Shown here one piece after another: positions 18,137 through 27,504 of a stretch of 64,000 nucleotides of DNA. Under the pieces are notes generated by a model. It was not told the origin of the DNA. It was given only the letters and a program-made list of their open reading frames with translations, and did no database searches. Numbering within the stretch: position 1 is the first letter of the stretch; the number at the start of each line of letters is the position of its first letter. Where the stretch lies: contig JAGUZN010000220.1 of assembly GCA_020060775.1 (NCBI GenBank), positions 984 through 64,983 of the forward strand, written 5' to 3'. This DNA comes from Armatimonadota bacterium. Lineage in GTDB: Bacteria; Armatimonadota; Hebobacteria; CAIYQO01. Position numbers and translations under genes: made by a program.

Positions 18137-20668
18137 CTAAATCACCACATTCACCACTCTTCCCAATACTACAATGACCTTCGCCGGCTCTCTGTCTGCC
18201 AGTGAGTATTGCACCTTCGGGCTGGCCAGCGCCAGGACCCTCACCGTGTCTTCATCGGCATCCGCCGGCACGGTCAGGCGGTCACGGACTTTGCCGTTGA
18301 CCTGGATGACCAGTATCACCTCCTCAACGCTGGCGACCGTTGCGTCTGGTGTTGGCCAGGGGTGGCGGTACAGAAAGCCCATCTGCCTCAGGCCCTCCCA
18401 CATCTCGTCGGCGATATGCGGCGCGAAAGGGGAGAGCAGCACCACCAGGTGCTCGATGGCCTCATCCAAGGCGGCAGAGCGCTGTCTATCCGGCAGGCGT
18501 TGGGACACTTCATACATCGCGTTAACCCATTCCATCAACGCCGCCAAGGCGGTGTTAAAACGGAAACTCTCCAGGTCTTCGGTGACTTTGGCGATGGTCT
18601 GGTGGGTTTTTCGGCGCAATGCCATCTCATCACCCTGCGCTTGGGCAATGCTTGTGCGCCAGACGGTGGCGTCAAAGCCCTCCGCGTGCCGGGCGACTAG
18701 CCGCCACACGCGTGCCAGAAAGCGTGCCGCACCGCGGATGCCCTCCTCGCTCCACAGCACCGTCTCCTCGAAGGGCGCGACGAACAGCTCATAGATGCGC
18801 AGCGCGTCGGCGCCGTACTGCGCGGCCATCTCGTCGGGGGTGACCACGTTGCCGTAGCTCTTGCTCATCTTCACCCAGCGCCACACCCACTGCTCCTCGG
18901 GAATGGTCGCACGCTCCTCCGGGCGCAATACCTTCCAATTCTCGATGGCGTCTTCGCCGCCCACCGTGCGGCCTGGCGTGCGCGTCAGCATCATGCCCTG
19001 GTTGCGCAGGGTGGTGAAGGGCTCGGTGAAGCCCACCAGGCCGGCATCATACAGCACCTTGGTCCAGAAGCGCGCATACAGCAGATGCATCACCGCATGC
19101 TCGGCGCCGCCCACGTACAGATCCACCGGCAGCCAGGCATCCACCGCTTCTCGTGAGAATGGTGCCTCTGTATTGTGTGGGTCTGCGAAACGCAGAAAGT
19201 ACCATGAGGAGCAGGCGAAGCCACCCATGGTATCCGTCTCGCGCCGTGCCGGACCGCCGCAGGTGGGGCAGGTCGTCTCGACGAACTCCGGGATACCCGC
19301 CAACGGTGATTCTCCGGTGCCAGTCGGCTGATACTGCTCAACCTCGGGCAGCAGCACGGGTAACTGGTCTTCGGGTACCGGCACCTCGCCGCACTGCGGG
19401 CAATGGATGATCGGAATGGGCGCTCCCCAGTAGCGCTGCCGGGAGATCAGCCAGTCGCGTAATTTGTAGGTGACCACCCCGCGGCCCAGCCCGCGTTCGT
19501 CCAACCAGCGAATGCTCTGCTGCACCAGTGCGGATGCCTCCGGTTCACCGGAGAAAGGGCCGGCGACGGTCATGCCGTCAGCATACACCGGTATCATGGG
19601 TAGGCCATAGGTCTCTGCAAACGCTGCATCGCGTGCATCATGCGCCGGTACCGCCATGATGGCGCCAGTGCCGTAGCCCATCACCACGTAATCGGCGATC
19701 CAGATGGGGATGAGGTCGCCGGTGGCCGGGTTGACGGCAGACGCGCCGGTCCACACCCCCGTCTTCTGCCGACCTTCCGCCAGCCGGTCGATTTCGCTGT
19801 GGCCCCGGGCATGGGCGATGTAGGCATCGACTTCTCTACGCTGGGTATCCGTGGTGATCTCGGCGACCAGCGGGTGCTCGGGCGCCAGCACGACAAAGGT
19901 GGCGCCCCACAGCGTATCCGGGCGTGTGGTGAAGACGCGCAAGGGTTCCGAGCGACCGACCACCGGGAAGGCGATCTCCGCGCCCTCACTGCGCCCAATC
20001 CAGTTCCGCTGCATCGCCTTGATGCCCTCCGGCCAGTCCAGGGTCTCCAGGTCGGCTAGCAGCCGGTCGGCATAGGCGGTGATGCGGAAGAACCACTGGG
20101 GCAGTTGCCGCTGTTCGATAGGCGTGTCACAGCGCCAGCAGCGGCCGTTTACCACTTCTTCATTAGCCAGCACCGTGCGATCCTGCGGGCACCAGTTCAC
20201 CGGCGCCTGCGCGCGATACGCCAACCCCATCCGATATAACAGCAGGAAAATCCATTGCGTCCAGCGGTAATACGACGGGTCGCTGGAGTTGACTTCTCTC
20301 GACCAGTCGTACGCCAGGCCGATCAGGTCCATCTGGTGGCGATAATTTGCGGCGAACTCCTGCACCATCGGTTGTGGGTGGCGCTGCAGGCGGATGGCTT
20401 CATTCTCTGCCGGCTGACCAAAGGCATCCCAGCCCATCGGATGCAGCACGTTGAACCCGCACATCGCTTTGTAGCGCAGGAAGGCATCGGTGGGCACGTA
20501 GTTCTTGAAATGCCCCACGGAAAGCCCCGCCCCGCTGGGGTAGGGGAAGAACTCCAGCCCATAATACTTCGGTCGGTCGTGGCATAATTCGGCTTCGAAC
20601 AGCCGCGCCTCGCGCCAGCGCTGCTGCCATTTTCGTTCTATCACTTGAAATTCATATCTTTCCAGCAT
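18137..20668 (-). CDS. leuS: Leucine--tRNA ligase
   Basis: Class I aaRS signatures HMGH-like and 'VKMSKSYGNVV' (KMSKS); CP1 editing domain; ~840-870 aa. The ORF track begins at GTG 20752, but the ATG preceded by GGAGGAGG (about 20668) is the more likely start. Confidence 0.9.
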   Translation of the reverse strand: MLERYEFQVIERKWQQRWREARLFEAELCHDRPKYYGLEFFPYPSGAGLSVGHFKNYVPTDAFLRYKAMCGFNVLHPMGWDAFGQPAENEAIRLQRHPQPMVQEFAANYRHQMDLIGLAYDWSREVNSSDPSYYRWTQWIFLLLYRMGLAYRAQAPVNWCPQDRTVLANEEVVNGRCWRCDTPIEQRQLPQWFFRITAYADRLLADLETLDWPEGIKAMQRNWIGRSEGAEIAFPVVGRSEPLRVFTTRPDTLWGATFVVLAPEHPLVAEITTDTQRREVDAYIAHARGHSEIDRLAEGRQKTGVWTGASAVNPATGDLIPIWIADYVVMGYGTGAIMAVPAHDARDAAFAETYGLPMIPVYADGMTVAGPFSGEPEASALVQQSIRWLDERGLGRGVVTYKLRDWLISRQRYWGAPIPIIHCPQCGEVPVPEDQLPVLLPEVEQYQPTGTGESPLAGIPEFVETTCPTCGGPARRETDTMGGFACSSWYFLRFADPHNTEAPFSREAVDAWLPVDLYVGGAEHAVMHLLYARFWTKVLYDAGLVGFTEPFTTLRNQGMMLTRTPGRTVGGEDAIENWKVLRPEERATIPEEQWVWRWVKMSKSYGNVVTPDEMAAQYGADALRIYELFVAPFEETVLWSEEGIRGAARFLARVWRLVARHAEGFDATVWRTSIAQAQGDEMALRRKTHQTIAKVTEDLESFRFNTALAALMEWVNAMYEVSQRLPDRQRSAALDEAIEHLVVLLSPFAPHIADEMWEGLRQMGFLYRHPWPTPDATVASVEEVILVIQVNGKVRDRLTVPADADEDTVRVLALASPKVQYSLADREPAKVIVVLGRVVNVVI

Positions 20669-20845
20669 ATCGCCTCCTCCAGATACAAAAAGCCCAGGGG
20701 CAAATGCCTCTGGGCCTGGTCGCTTCGCTATTGGGCTGTTTTCTCGCGTCACCCAGCAGCAAACCGCCCAGACCCCTTGGTAAGAAGGAGTCCGGTCGTC
20801 TGCAGGCTAAGCTGGATGAACAGGATGCGCATAGATTGCTCCGTT
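20669..20845 (-). promoter_or_regulatory. leuS 5' leader: sigma70-like promoter (TGGACA-16-TTATAAT) and an intrinsic terminator/attenuator hairpin just upstream of the start codon; candidate T-box leader
   Basis: On the reverse strand, TTATAAT at about 20837-20843; a GCCCAGAGGC/GCCCCTGGGC hairpin plus UUUUU at about 20685-20716; a partial T-box-like 'GGGTGACGCG' lies between them. Confidence 0.35.
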
Positions 20846-21034
20846 GACCGATTATAACGAAACAGGGGGAGACTGTCCATCACTACATCGGCCAGGTCTG
20901 TGCACTTGCCATTCATTAACTATCATTACCACTATTTATCATTGATACTTACGAATGCCATTGACGGATACTTTTGGGAGGGATATCGTGTGAGTGGAGC
21001 ACCGGTGATACTCCGGTACAAGAGGAGGGCGATC

Positions 21035-22504
21035 ATGAGCACTGAGATGGTTACAGCGGAGCAGGAATTGCTCTCACTCGAAGACGCCGCCGAGTTCTTA
21101 TGTGTGAGCAAGTCGACGATGTATCGGTTGCTCGATCAACGCAAGCTGACCGGCATGAAGGCGGGGAAGCAGTGGCGGTTTCGCAAAGAAGACCTTCTTG
21201 CGTATATGCAGCGCGGGCCTGCCGCTCAGGCGCTGGCCAAAGTGCCCATGCCGGTGCTGGATACCGAACTGGATTTCCTTGGAACGGAGTTGGCAAAGGC
21301 GGGCACCGAACCCGCGGCCTGCGATTATCCGATGCTGGAAGATGAAGCGGGAAGAATCACCCAGTATCTCCGCCGGCTCGTCTGGCTGCTGCATACGCTG
21401 CGTGGAAGCGATATCCATCTGAACCCCATCTGGCAGGCTGATGGCGCGGCCGTGCAACTCGTCCTGCGCGTTGATGGCGCGCTACGAGAGATTCGTCGCT
21501 TGCCATTCGTCATGTACGACGCGCTAGTGCTGGAATGGAAACGTCAGGCAGAGCTGCCGATCGAGGATACGCATCACCCGCATGAGGGACGCTCACAATT
21601 CGTCTTCGGAGAGATCATGCTTTCTCACCGCGTCGCCACGGTGTCGACCATTTATGGTGAAAAGGTCTCGGTGCGTCCTCTCCCGACTACCATCCCCACG
21701 CTGCAGGTGCTGGGCATCGACGACACACCGTTAGTGGCGTTGAGCAAGCGCCAGCGTGGATTGCTCATCTTTGCCGGTCCCACCGGCTCGGGCAAAGCCA
21801 CCACCATGTCGGCGTTCGTGCAGGAGATTCTCACCCATGGCCCCCGCAACATCATGACCGTGGTTGATCCGGTCGAGTATATCTTCATGCACGGCGTCAC
21901 CCATCTGAATCTGGCGCAGATGACGCCGGTCGAGGGACTGCGCGCCGTGTTGTACCACGATCCGGATGTCGTCATGCTCGGCGAGCTGCGGGACGATCCT
22001 GAACTTGCACAGCAGGCGATATGGACGGCGGAAACCGGTCATCTCGTCCTCACCTGCCAGCATGCCAGCGATCCTGTCGAACTGCTATACGAGATGCTCG
22101 CTATGGGCGTGAAGCGCGCCCTTTTCGCCAACAATCTGATCGGCGTGGTCTATCAACAGCTTGCCCCCAAGCTTTGCGCGCAATGCCGTATACCGGCCAC
22201 GCCGGAACCGGACACTCTGGAGAAGATGCGCCAGGCAGCGCGAGCGGGTGGGTATACGCTGCCGGAGGACGCGGTGTTTTACCAGCAGACGGGTTGCCCA
22301 TCGTGCGGCGGCCGTGTCGCCTTGCATGAGTTCATCCTCTTTACCCCCGAGGTGCGCCAGGCCTTTCTGCAGTGCGCCTCGAAAGAGGAATTTACGAAAG
22401 AGCTACGCGCGCAAGGACTGCTATCCTTCTTCGCGGCGCAGGTGCAACAGGCTGTATCGGGTAAAATCTCGCTGGAGACGCTACAGCGCTATATGCCGTA
22501 CTGA
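21035..22504 (+). CDS. GspE/PilB-family secretion ATPase fused to an N-terminal excisionase-type HTH domain, with C-terminal Zn-binding CxxC pairs
   Basis: Walker A 'FAGPTGSGKATT'; N-terminal 'LSLEDAAEFLCVSKSTMYRLLDQRKL'; 'CAQCRIP...CPSCGG'. ATG 21035 is preceded by AGAGGAGGG. Confidence 0.65.
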   Translation: MSTEMVTAEQELLSLEDAAEFLCVSKSTMYRLLDQRKLTGMKAGKQWRFRKEDLLAYMQRGPAAQALAKVPMPVLDTELDFLGTELAKAGTEPAACDYPMLEDEAGRITQYLRRLVWLLHTLRGSDIHLNPIWQADGAAVQLVLRVDGALREIRRLPFVMYDALVLEWKRQAELPIEDTHHPHEGRSQFVFGEIMLSHRVATVSTIYGEKVSVRPLPTTIPTLQVLGIDDTPLVALSKRQRGLLIFAGPTGSGKATTMSAFVQEILTHGPRNIMTVVDPVEYIFMHGVTHLNLAQMTPVEGLRAVLYHDPDVVMLGELRDDPELAQQAIWTAETGHLVLTCQHASDPVELLYEMLAMGVKRALFANNLIGVVYQQLAPKLCAQCRIPATPEPDTLEKMRQAARAGGYTLPEDAVFYQQTGCPSCGGRVALHEFILFTPEVRQAFLQCASKEEFTKELRAQGLLSFFAAQVQQAVSGKISLETLQRYMPY

Positions 22505-22709
22505 GGTTGGCGCCTGCTATAGAGAACTATTGCCAATATGAGGAACCGGTATTGAGCCCGCTTGTGATGGCGATTGCTCGAGCCAAACGTTGACACCTGC
22601 CGCTTGCCTCACTATACTGCGCATATGCTGTTCATTAATCCGGTCATCGAACATACCTTCCGTCTGTACGCGTGGGCTCCATAGCCGTCGTGCCGGGATG
22701 TATTGTATT

Positions 22710-22742
22710 CGCTTTCTCACCCCTCCCGGTACTCGGGAGGGG
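22710..22742 (+). terminator. Intrinsic terminator-like hairpin (CCCCTCCCGG-TACT-CGGGAGGGG) followed by a T-tract
   Basis: Perfect 10-bp inverted repeat followed by TTTTCGCTTT, read directly. Confidence 0.4.
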
Positions 22743-22769
22743 TTTTCGCTTTACCAGGAGGGCAACGCC

Positions 22770-23606
22770 ATGGCAACCATAAAATATGATCCCCAATGGG
22801 TGCGTGACTTCTACGATGCCTACGGCATGCAGGAGTGGGAACGGTTTGACCGTCATCCCATGCTGCGCATCGCCTTCGCCATCCATCAGCACTACCTGCG
22901 GCAGTATCTGCAGCCGGGACAGCATATATTGGAGATCGGCGCGGGCGCCGGGCGCTTTACCCAGGTGCTGGCAGAGATGGGCATGCGGGTGACCGTGGCC
23001 GATATCTCACCGATCCAATTGGCGTTGAACCGGCAGCAGGCCGACACGCATGGCTTTGCGTCGGCAGTTGACCAGTGGGTCGAGTGTGATGCCTGCGATC
23101 TGCGCGGACAGTTTGCCGACAAGGCTTTCGACGCGGTGGTCGCCTATGGCGGCCTGCTCAGCTACGTCTTCGATCAGGCCGGCTTGGTGCTGACCGAGTT
23201 GCAGCGCGTGGTGATGCCGGGTGGTCCCATCTTTCTGGAAGTAATGAGCCTGTGGGGGGCGATCCATTGCTATCTGCCGCCGGTGTTGTCCATCGACCCG
23301 GCGGTGAACCGCCAGATCGTCGCCCGCGGTGATCTGGACCGGGAGTTGGCGATTTCCACGCACTATTGCCACATGTATCGTGCCAAGGAGTTCCGGCAAC
23401 TGATTGAGGAGTGCGGACTGACCATCGAGGTCATGAGCGCCAGCAATGCGCTCTCCACCAACTGGGAAGAGCAACTTCGCACCATCCATGAAGACAGCCC
23501 TGCCTGGCAGCACCTGCTGGAAATGGAACTGGAAGCCTGCCGCGAGCCGGGGTGTCTGGACATGGGCACGCATTTGATTGCGGTGTGCCGGAGGAGCACG
23601 ACATGA
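22770..23606 (+). CDS. Class I SAM-dependent methyltransferase
   Basis: Motif I 'ILEIGAGAGRFTQVLAEMGMRVTVADIS'; ATG 22770 preceded by CAGGAGGG. Confidence 0.7.
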   Translation: MATIKYDPQWVRDFYDAYGMQEWERFDRHPMLRIAFAIHQHYLRQYLQPGQHILEIGAGAGRFTQVLAEMGMRVTVADISPIQLALNRQQADTHGFASAVDQWVECDACDLRGQFADKAFDAVVAYGGLLSYVFDQAGLVLTELQRVVMPGGPIFLEVMSLWGAIHCYLPPVLSIDPAVNRQIVARGDLDRELAISTHYCHMYRAKEFRQLIEECGLTIEVMSASNALSTNWEEQLRTIHEDSPAWQHLLEMELEACREPGCLDMGTHLIAVCRRSTT

Positions 23607-24004
23607 ATGAACAGACTATTCCTGTGCCAACCCTCGCAGAGATGCGCGCACTGGAAGAAAGCCTACTGAAGCCTGATCTGCGCTCGTCACCAGAGGTGCT
23701 TCAGCGGATGCTGGCAGATGATTTTCTGGAGTTTGGTGCGTCGGGCCGTTCCTATGATAAACAACAGGTGATTGCAGGCCTACTCAATCAGGTCGAAGAA
23801 GAGTTTGTTATCGATGACTTCTGCATACGGCACTTGGCTCCGGGGGTGATATTAACGACATATCGGGTGACGCGTCGGCGTAACCCGTCTCATGTAGCGC
23901 CATACTCTTTGCGCAGCTCGGTCTGGAAATACCTGCTGGGGCACTGGCAAATGCTCTTTCATCAAGGCACGCCAACTGATCTGTCTACCAATGAGCATGG
24001 ATAA
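23603..24004 (+). CDS. Small protein, DUF4440 / NTF2-like fold candidate
   Basis: ATGA overlap with the upstream MTase stop; ~133 aa. Confidence 0.35.
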   Translation: MNEQTIPVPTLAEMRALEESLLKPDLRSSPEVLQRMLADDFLEFGASGRSYDKQQVIAGLLNQVEEEFVIDDFCIRHLAPGVILTTYRVTRRRNPSHVAPYSLRSSVWKYLLGHWQMLFHQGTPTDLSTNEHG

Positions 24005-24025
24005 CGACAGCATGGCACCTGCAGT

Positions 24026-24931
24026 ATGCCAGAAGGCAGGGTCGTAATGAAAGAGATGAAGACGTTACACTGCCAACATTGGTCCTCGCGTGCGCGCCTC
24101 GACGCTCTCCTCCAGCGGCTCATCGCCTGCTTGCCAGGAGTGCCGGGCTTTCGGACCTTGTCGCTCTTCGGCTCGGTGGCGGAAGGGCGGGCCGACGGCT
24201 ACTCGGATATCGATATGATCCTGACCACCGACGATTTGCCGGCGGCGCAGCATGCCGTGCTTGATGTGTTGGAAGCGGGTGTCGGGCCGGTGGAGAGTTG
24301 CTGGGCCATCGCGCTGCGCCCGGATGAGTGGAATCCGACGATCATCTTCTCGGAGGAGGGCTATTACCACAAGCTCGACCTCGGGCTGGTGGCATCGACC
24401 GCCGTCACCCCTACTATCCCACCGGAGCAAACCACCGTGTTGGTGACACAACCGGTGGGGCATCAACGCGCTTCGGCACCGGAGAGCACGGCCTATCTGC
24501 CGCCATACGGCTCGGTCGGACATTTCTTGCTCGGGCAATTGCTTGGCGGCAACCGCTATTGTAAAGCGCGCAAGCGCGGGCAGCCGCTCACCTGCTACCG
24601 CTTCGTCTCCGCCGCGGCGGACTGGTGCCTGCGTGCCCTGCATGTGCGCTTAACTGGCAAAGTAATGTGGCAGGGCAAGCTGTCCACGGAGGAATACGCC
24701 GTCCTGGGTGGCCTTGATACCGGTGGCCGGGGCCGCACCATCCTCGCCGCCTTGGACTACTCGACCCCGGAGAAGATGGATCAGTCGCTCTGCGGCATCT
24801 TCCGGCACCTGTACGAACTCTGCGGGGAGATATCTGCCATGCAGAGCGAAGTATTACCGGTCGGCATGTTCGAGCGCATGCTGGATTTTATGAGGACTGA
24901 GTTGGACATTGCAGAAGGACACCAACCATGA
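24026..24931 (+). CDS. Nucleotidyltransferase-domain protein (pol-beta-like NTase)
   Basis: 'LSLFGSVAEGRADGYSDIDMILT' GS...DxD motif. Confidence 0.5.
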   Translation: MPEGRVVMKEMKTLHCQHWSSRARLDALLQRLIACLPGVPGFRTLSLFGSVAEGRADGYSDIDMILTTDDLPAAQHAVLDVLEAGVGPVESCWAIALRPDEWNPTIIFSEEGYYHKLDLGLVASTAVTPTIPPEQTTVLVTQPVGHQRASAPESTAYLPPYGSVGHFLLGQLLGGNRYCKARKRGQPLTCYRFVSAAADWCLRALHVRLTGKVMWQGKLSTEEYAVLGGLDTGGRGRTILAALDYSTPEKMDQSLCGIFRHLYELCGEISAMQSEVLPVGMFERMLDFMRTELDIAEGHQP

Positions 24932-25749
24932 CGAATGTCGCCGACTTCTACACCCAGGGTGCCGCCCGTGAATGGGAACGTCTGGAGCAGGCACCGTATC
25001 AGCACCTGGAATTCCAGGTGACCCTGCACTTCCTGCGCAAGCACCTGCCGCCGGAGGGCGTGATCCTCGACGCCGGTGGCGGGCCGGGGCGGTATGCGCT
25101 GGCGCTTAGCCGCGAAGGGCGTGAGGTTGTGCTGTGCGACCTGGCGCCGGGCAATATCGCCCTGGCACGGGAGCAGTTCACTGGGGAACCTGAAGCGGTG
25201 CGTGCCCGGCTGCGCGAGGCACAGGTGGCGGATATTCGTGCCCTACCGTATGCGGACAGCACGTATACCGCCGTGCTCTGCCTGGGTGGGCCGCTGTCGC
25301 ATCTGCCTGATCCAATGGATCGCGAGCAGGCGGTGCGGGAACTGGTGCGCGTGGCCGCGCCCGGCGGGCTGGTGGTGCTGACCGGCATCGGCGCCCTGGC
25401 GGTGTTGCGCACCATCATCATGATCTGTCCGCACGAACTGGTCGACGGCTCGCTGGACACCTTTTCCAATGACGGCAACTCCCCCGGCCCAGGCGGCATG
25501 CTCTGGCACTGGTTCCGTGCGGCAGAGTTGCGAGAACTGGCGGAGTCGGCCGGTTTGACCACCCTGGAGATGGCCGGCTGCCAGGGACTCTCCACCGGCC
25601 TGGAGGAGGCAACAAACCGACTCGCGGCGAACGAAGAGCAATGGCAGCGCTGGCTCGATATCCTGCTGGCCACCGCCACCGAGCCGCCGGTGGTCGATAT
25701 GGCGGAGCATCTGCTGTATGTTGGGCGCAAGGAGGGGATACGTGAATGA
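24928..25749 (+). CDS. Class I SAM-dependent methyltransferase
   Basis: 'VILDAGGGPGRYALALSREGREVVLCDLAPGNI'; ATGA overlap with the upstream stop. Confidence 0.7.
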   Translation: MTNVADFYTQGAAREWERLEQAPYQHLEFQVTLHFLRKHLPPEGVILDAGGGPGRYALALSREGREVVLCDLAPGNIALAREQFTGEPEAVRARLREAQVADIRALPYADSTYTAVLCLGGPLSHLPDPMDREQAVRELVRVAAPGGLVVLTGIGALAVLRTIIMICPHELVDGSLDTFSNDGNSPGPGGMLWHWFRAAELRELAESAGLTTLEMAGCQGLSTGLEEATNRLAANEEQWQRWLDILLATATEPPVVDMAEHLLYVGRKEGIRE

Positions 25750-26573
25750 CGCACCAGCAGACCCCGACGATGCTTCGCGCAGCCATGGTCAGTTATCCTG
25801 TCGCTCTCGGTGATGTCGATGCCAATCGGCGGGTGATTGAGACGACATTGGCCGCGCATGATGGCATCGACCTGTTCGTCTTCCCCGAACTCTGCCTGTG
25901 CGGAAACCTGCCGCCAACCATTGAGGCGATGAGCCGTGTTGCTGAGGCCGTGCCAGCCGGACCATCCGCCCAGCACATGATCGCACTGGCACAACGCTAT
26001 CAGACCGTGCTCTGTGCCGGTATTATCGAGGTGGAGGACGGTGCGTATTATGCCACGCACTTCCTCTGTGGGCCACAGGGCTATCTCGGGAAGCAACGGA
26101 AACTGTTTCCCTCGCGCGGGGTGCCGCATACCGGAGATCTCTCCGGCGGGCGAAATGTCACCCAGATAGAGCTCTTTGGCGTGGGGTGTGCTATCCTCGC
26201 CTGTGCAGACTGGATGCTGCCGGAAGGGCCTTACCTGGCGAGTCTACAGGACGTGGCACTCATCCTTGCCCCGACAGACAGGTATGAATCATCACGGATG
26301 GACCTGCTCTGCCAAATCGGTCAGGCGCGGGTATTCGACAGTCACGCCTGCCTGGCTGTCGCCTTCGGGCGTGACGCGTCCTGTCACGACGACGCGCCCA
26401 CTGGTCTGGTCGTCCATGCGGATAGCACCGTACAGATGGAAGCCTGTGCCGACTCCGCTGTGCAGGTCATGGTATCCGAGTTGTGCCTTCAGCCTCCCCT
26501 GCACCGGTGGGGGAGGCCTGTTGATCGGGTGACGACCGTTTGGGAGGTTATAGGAGGATCACATGATCGATGA
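25746..26573 (+). CDS. Carbon-nitrogen hydrolase (nitrilase superfamily)
   Basis: Catalytic-triad context 'LFVFPELCLCG' (Glu) and 'LACADWMLPE' (Cys); ATGA overlap. Confidence 0.6.
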   Translation: MTHQQTPTMLRAAMVSYPVALGDVDANRRVIETTLAAHDGIDLFVFPELCLCGNLPPTIEAMSRVAEAVPAGPSAQHMIALAQRYQTVLCAGIIEVEDGAYYATHFLCGPQGYLGKQRKLFPSRGVPHTGDLSGGRNVTQIELFGVGCAILACADWMLPEGPYLASLQDVALILAPTDRYESSRMDLLCQIGQARVFDSHACLAVAFGRDASCHDDAPTGLVVHADSTVQMEACADSAVQVMVSELCLQPPLHRWGRPVDRVTTVWEVIGGSHDR

Positions 26574-27351
26574 CATCGCTGCCGTGAACCGCGAACGCTG
26601 GAATGCCATGGCCAGCGCCAAGGTGATGTTCTCACGACCGTTCTTCGACTTCACCCGAGAAGAGGCGGCTGCCTACATCCACTGCGATACCATGCTCGGT
26701 GATGTGGCAGGCAAAGACGTGCTGTGCCTGGCGAGTGGGGGCGGACAGGATTCGGCGGCGTTCGGTTTGCTGGGGGCCAGTGTCACGGTATTCGATCTGT
26801 CCGACGTGCAATTGTCTCGTGATCAGGATGCCGCCCGATCTCATGGCTACACGGTGCAGACCGTGCAAGGCGACATGCGCGACCTGTCCGCCTTCACAGC
26901 GAACACCTTCGACATTGTCTGGCAGCCCTATTCCATCAATTACAGCCCGACGGTCGAGCCGGTGATCGCCGAAGTGGCCCGCGTGCTGAAGCCCGGCGGC
27001 ATCTATCACCTGGCCTTCGCCAATCCGTTCGCGCTGGCGATGGACAACGGTTGGGACGGTAACGGCTATCCCCTGCGCGACCTGTATCGAGACGGCGAGG
27101 ACATTACACGGTTCTTCCCCATCTGGGAACTGGAGCAGGAGGACGGTACGGTTGTGACCGTCGAGCGCCCGCACGAATTCCGCCATACGCTGAGCACCAT
27201 GTTCAATACGCTCGCCCGGCAGGGGTTCCAGTTCATGCAGATGTCAGAATGGGTGCGTCCGGATATCGACCCGGAGCAGGGCTCCTGGGCCCATTTCACC
27301 CAGTGTTGCCCGCCGTATCTGCAGACGTTCTGGCGGTGGGGTGGTTCGTAA
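26563..27351 (+). CDS. Class I SAM-dependent methyltransferase
   Basis: 'DVLCLASGGGQDSAAFGLLGASVTVFDLSDVQL'; 'RVLKPGGIYHLAF' motif post-II. Confidence 0.65.
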   Translation: MIDDIAAVNRERWNAMASAKVMFSRPFFDFTREEAAAYIHCDTMLGDVAGKDVLCLASGGGQDSAAFGLLGASVTVFDLSDVQLSRDQDAARSHGYTVQTVQGDMRDLSAFTANTFDIVWQPYSINYSPTVEPVIAEVARVLKPGGIYHLAFANPFALAMDNGWDGNGYPLRDLYRDGEDITRFFPIWELEQEDGTVVTVERPHEFRHTLSTMFNTLARQGFQFMQMSEWVRPDIDPEQGSWAHFTQCCPPYLQTFWRWGGS

Positions 27352-27504
27352 GTGCACGTCTGCTGCAGGTCGAAGTCGTAACCGGGTGCTTCGATGTCGA
27401 TTGCGCATGTGGCTGAGCATGCTTGAATATTGAATCTACACATGATGTCCCTGCCGCGCAACGATGCCGGCATGTGCTGACCTGATGCCGTCAGCATCTT
27501 TCGT

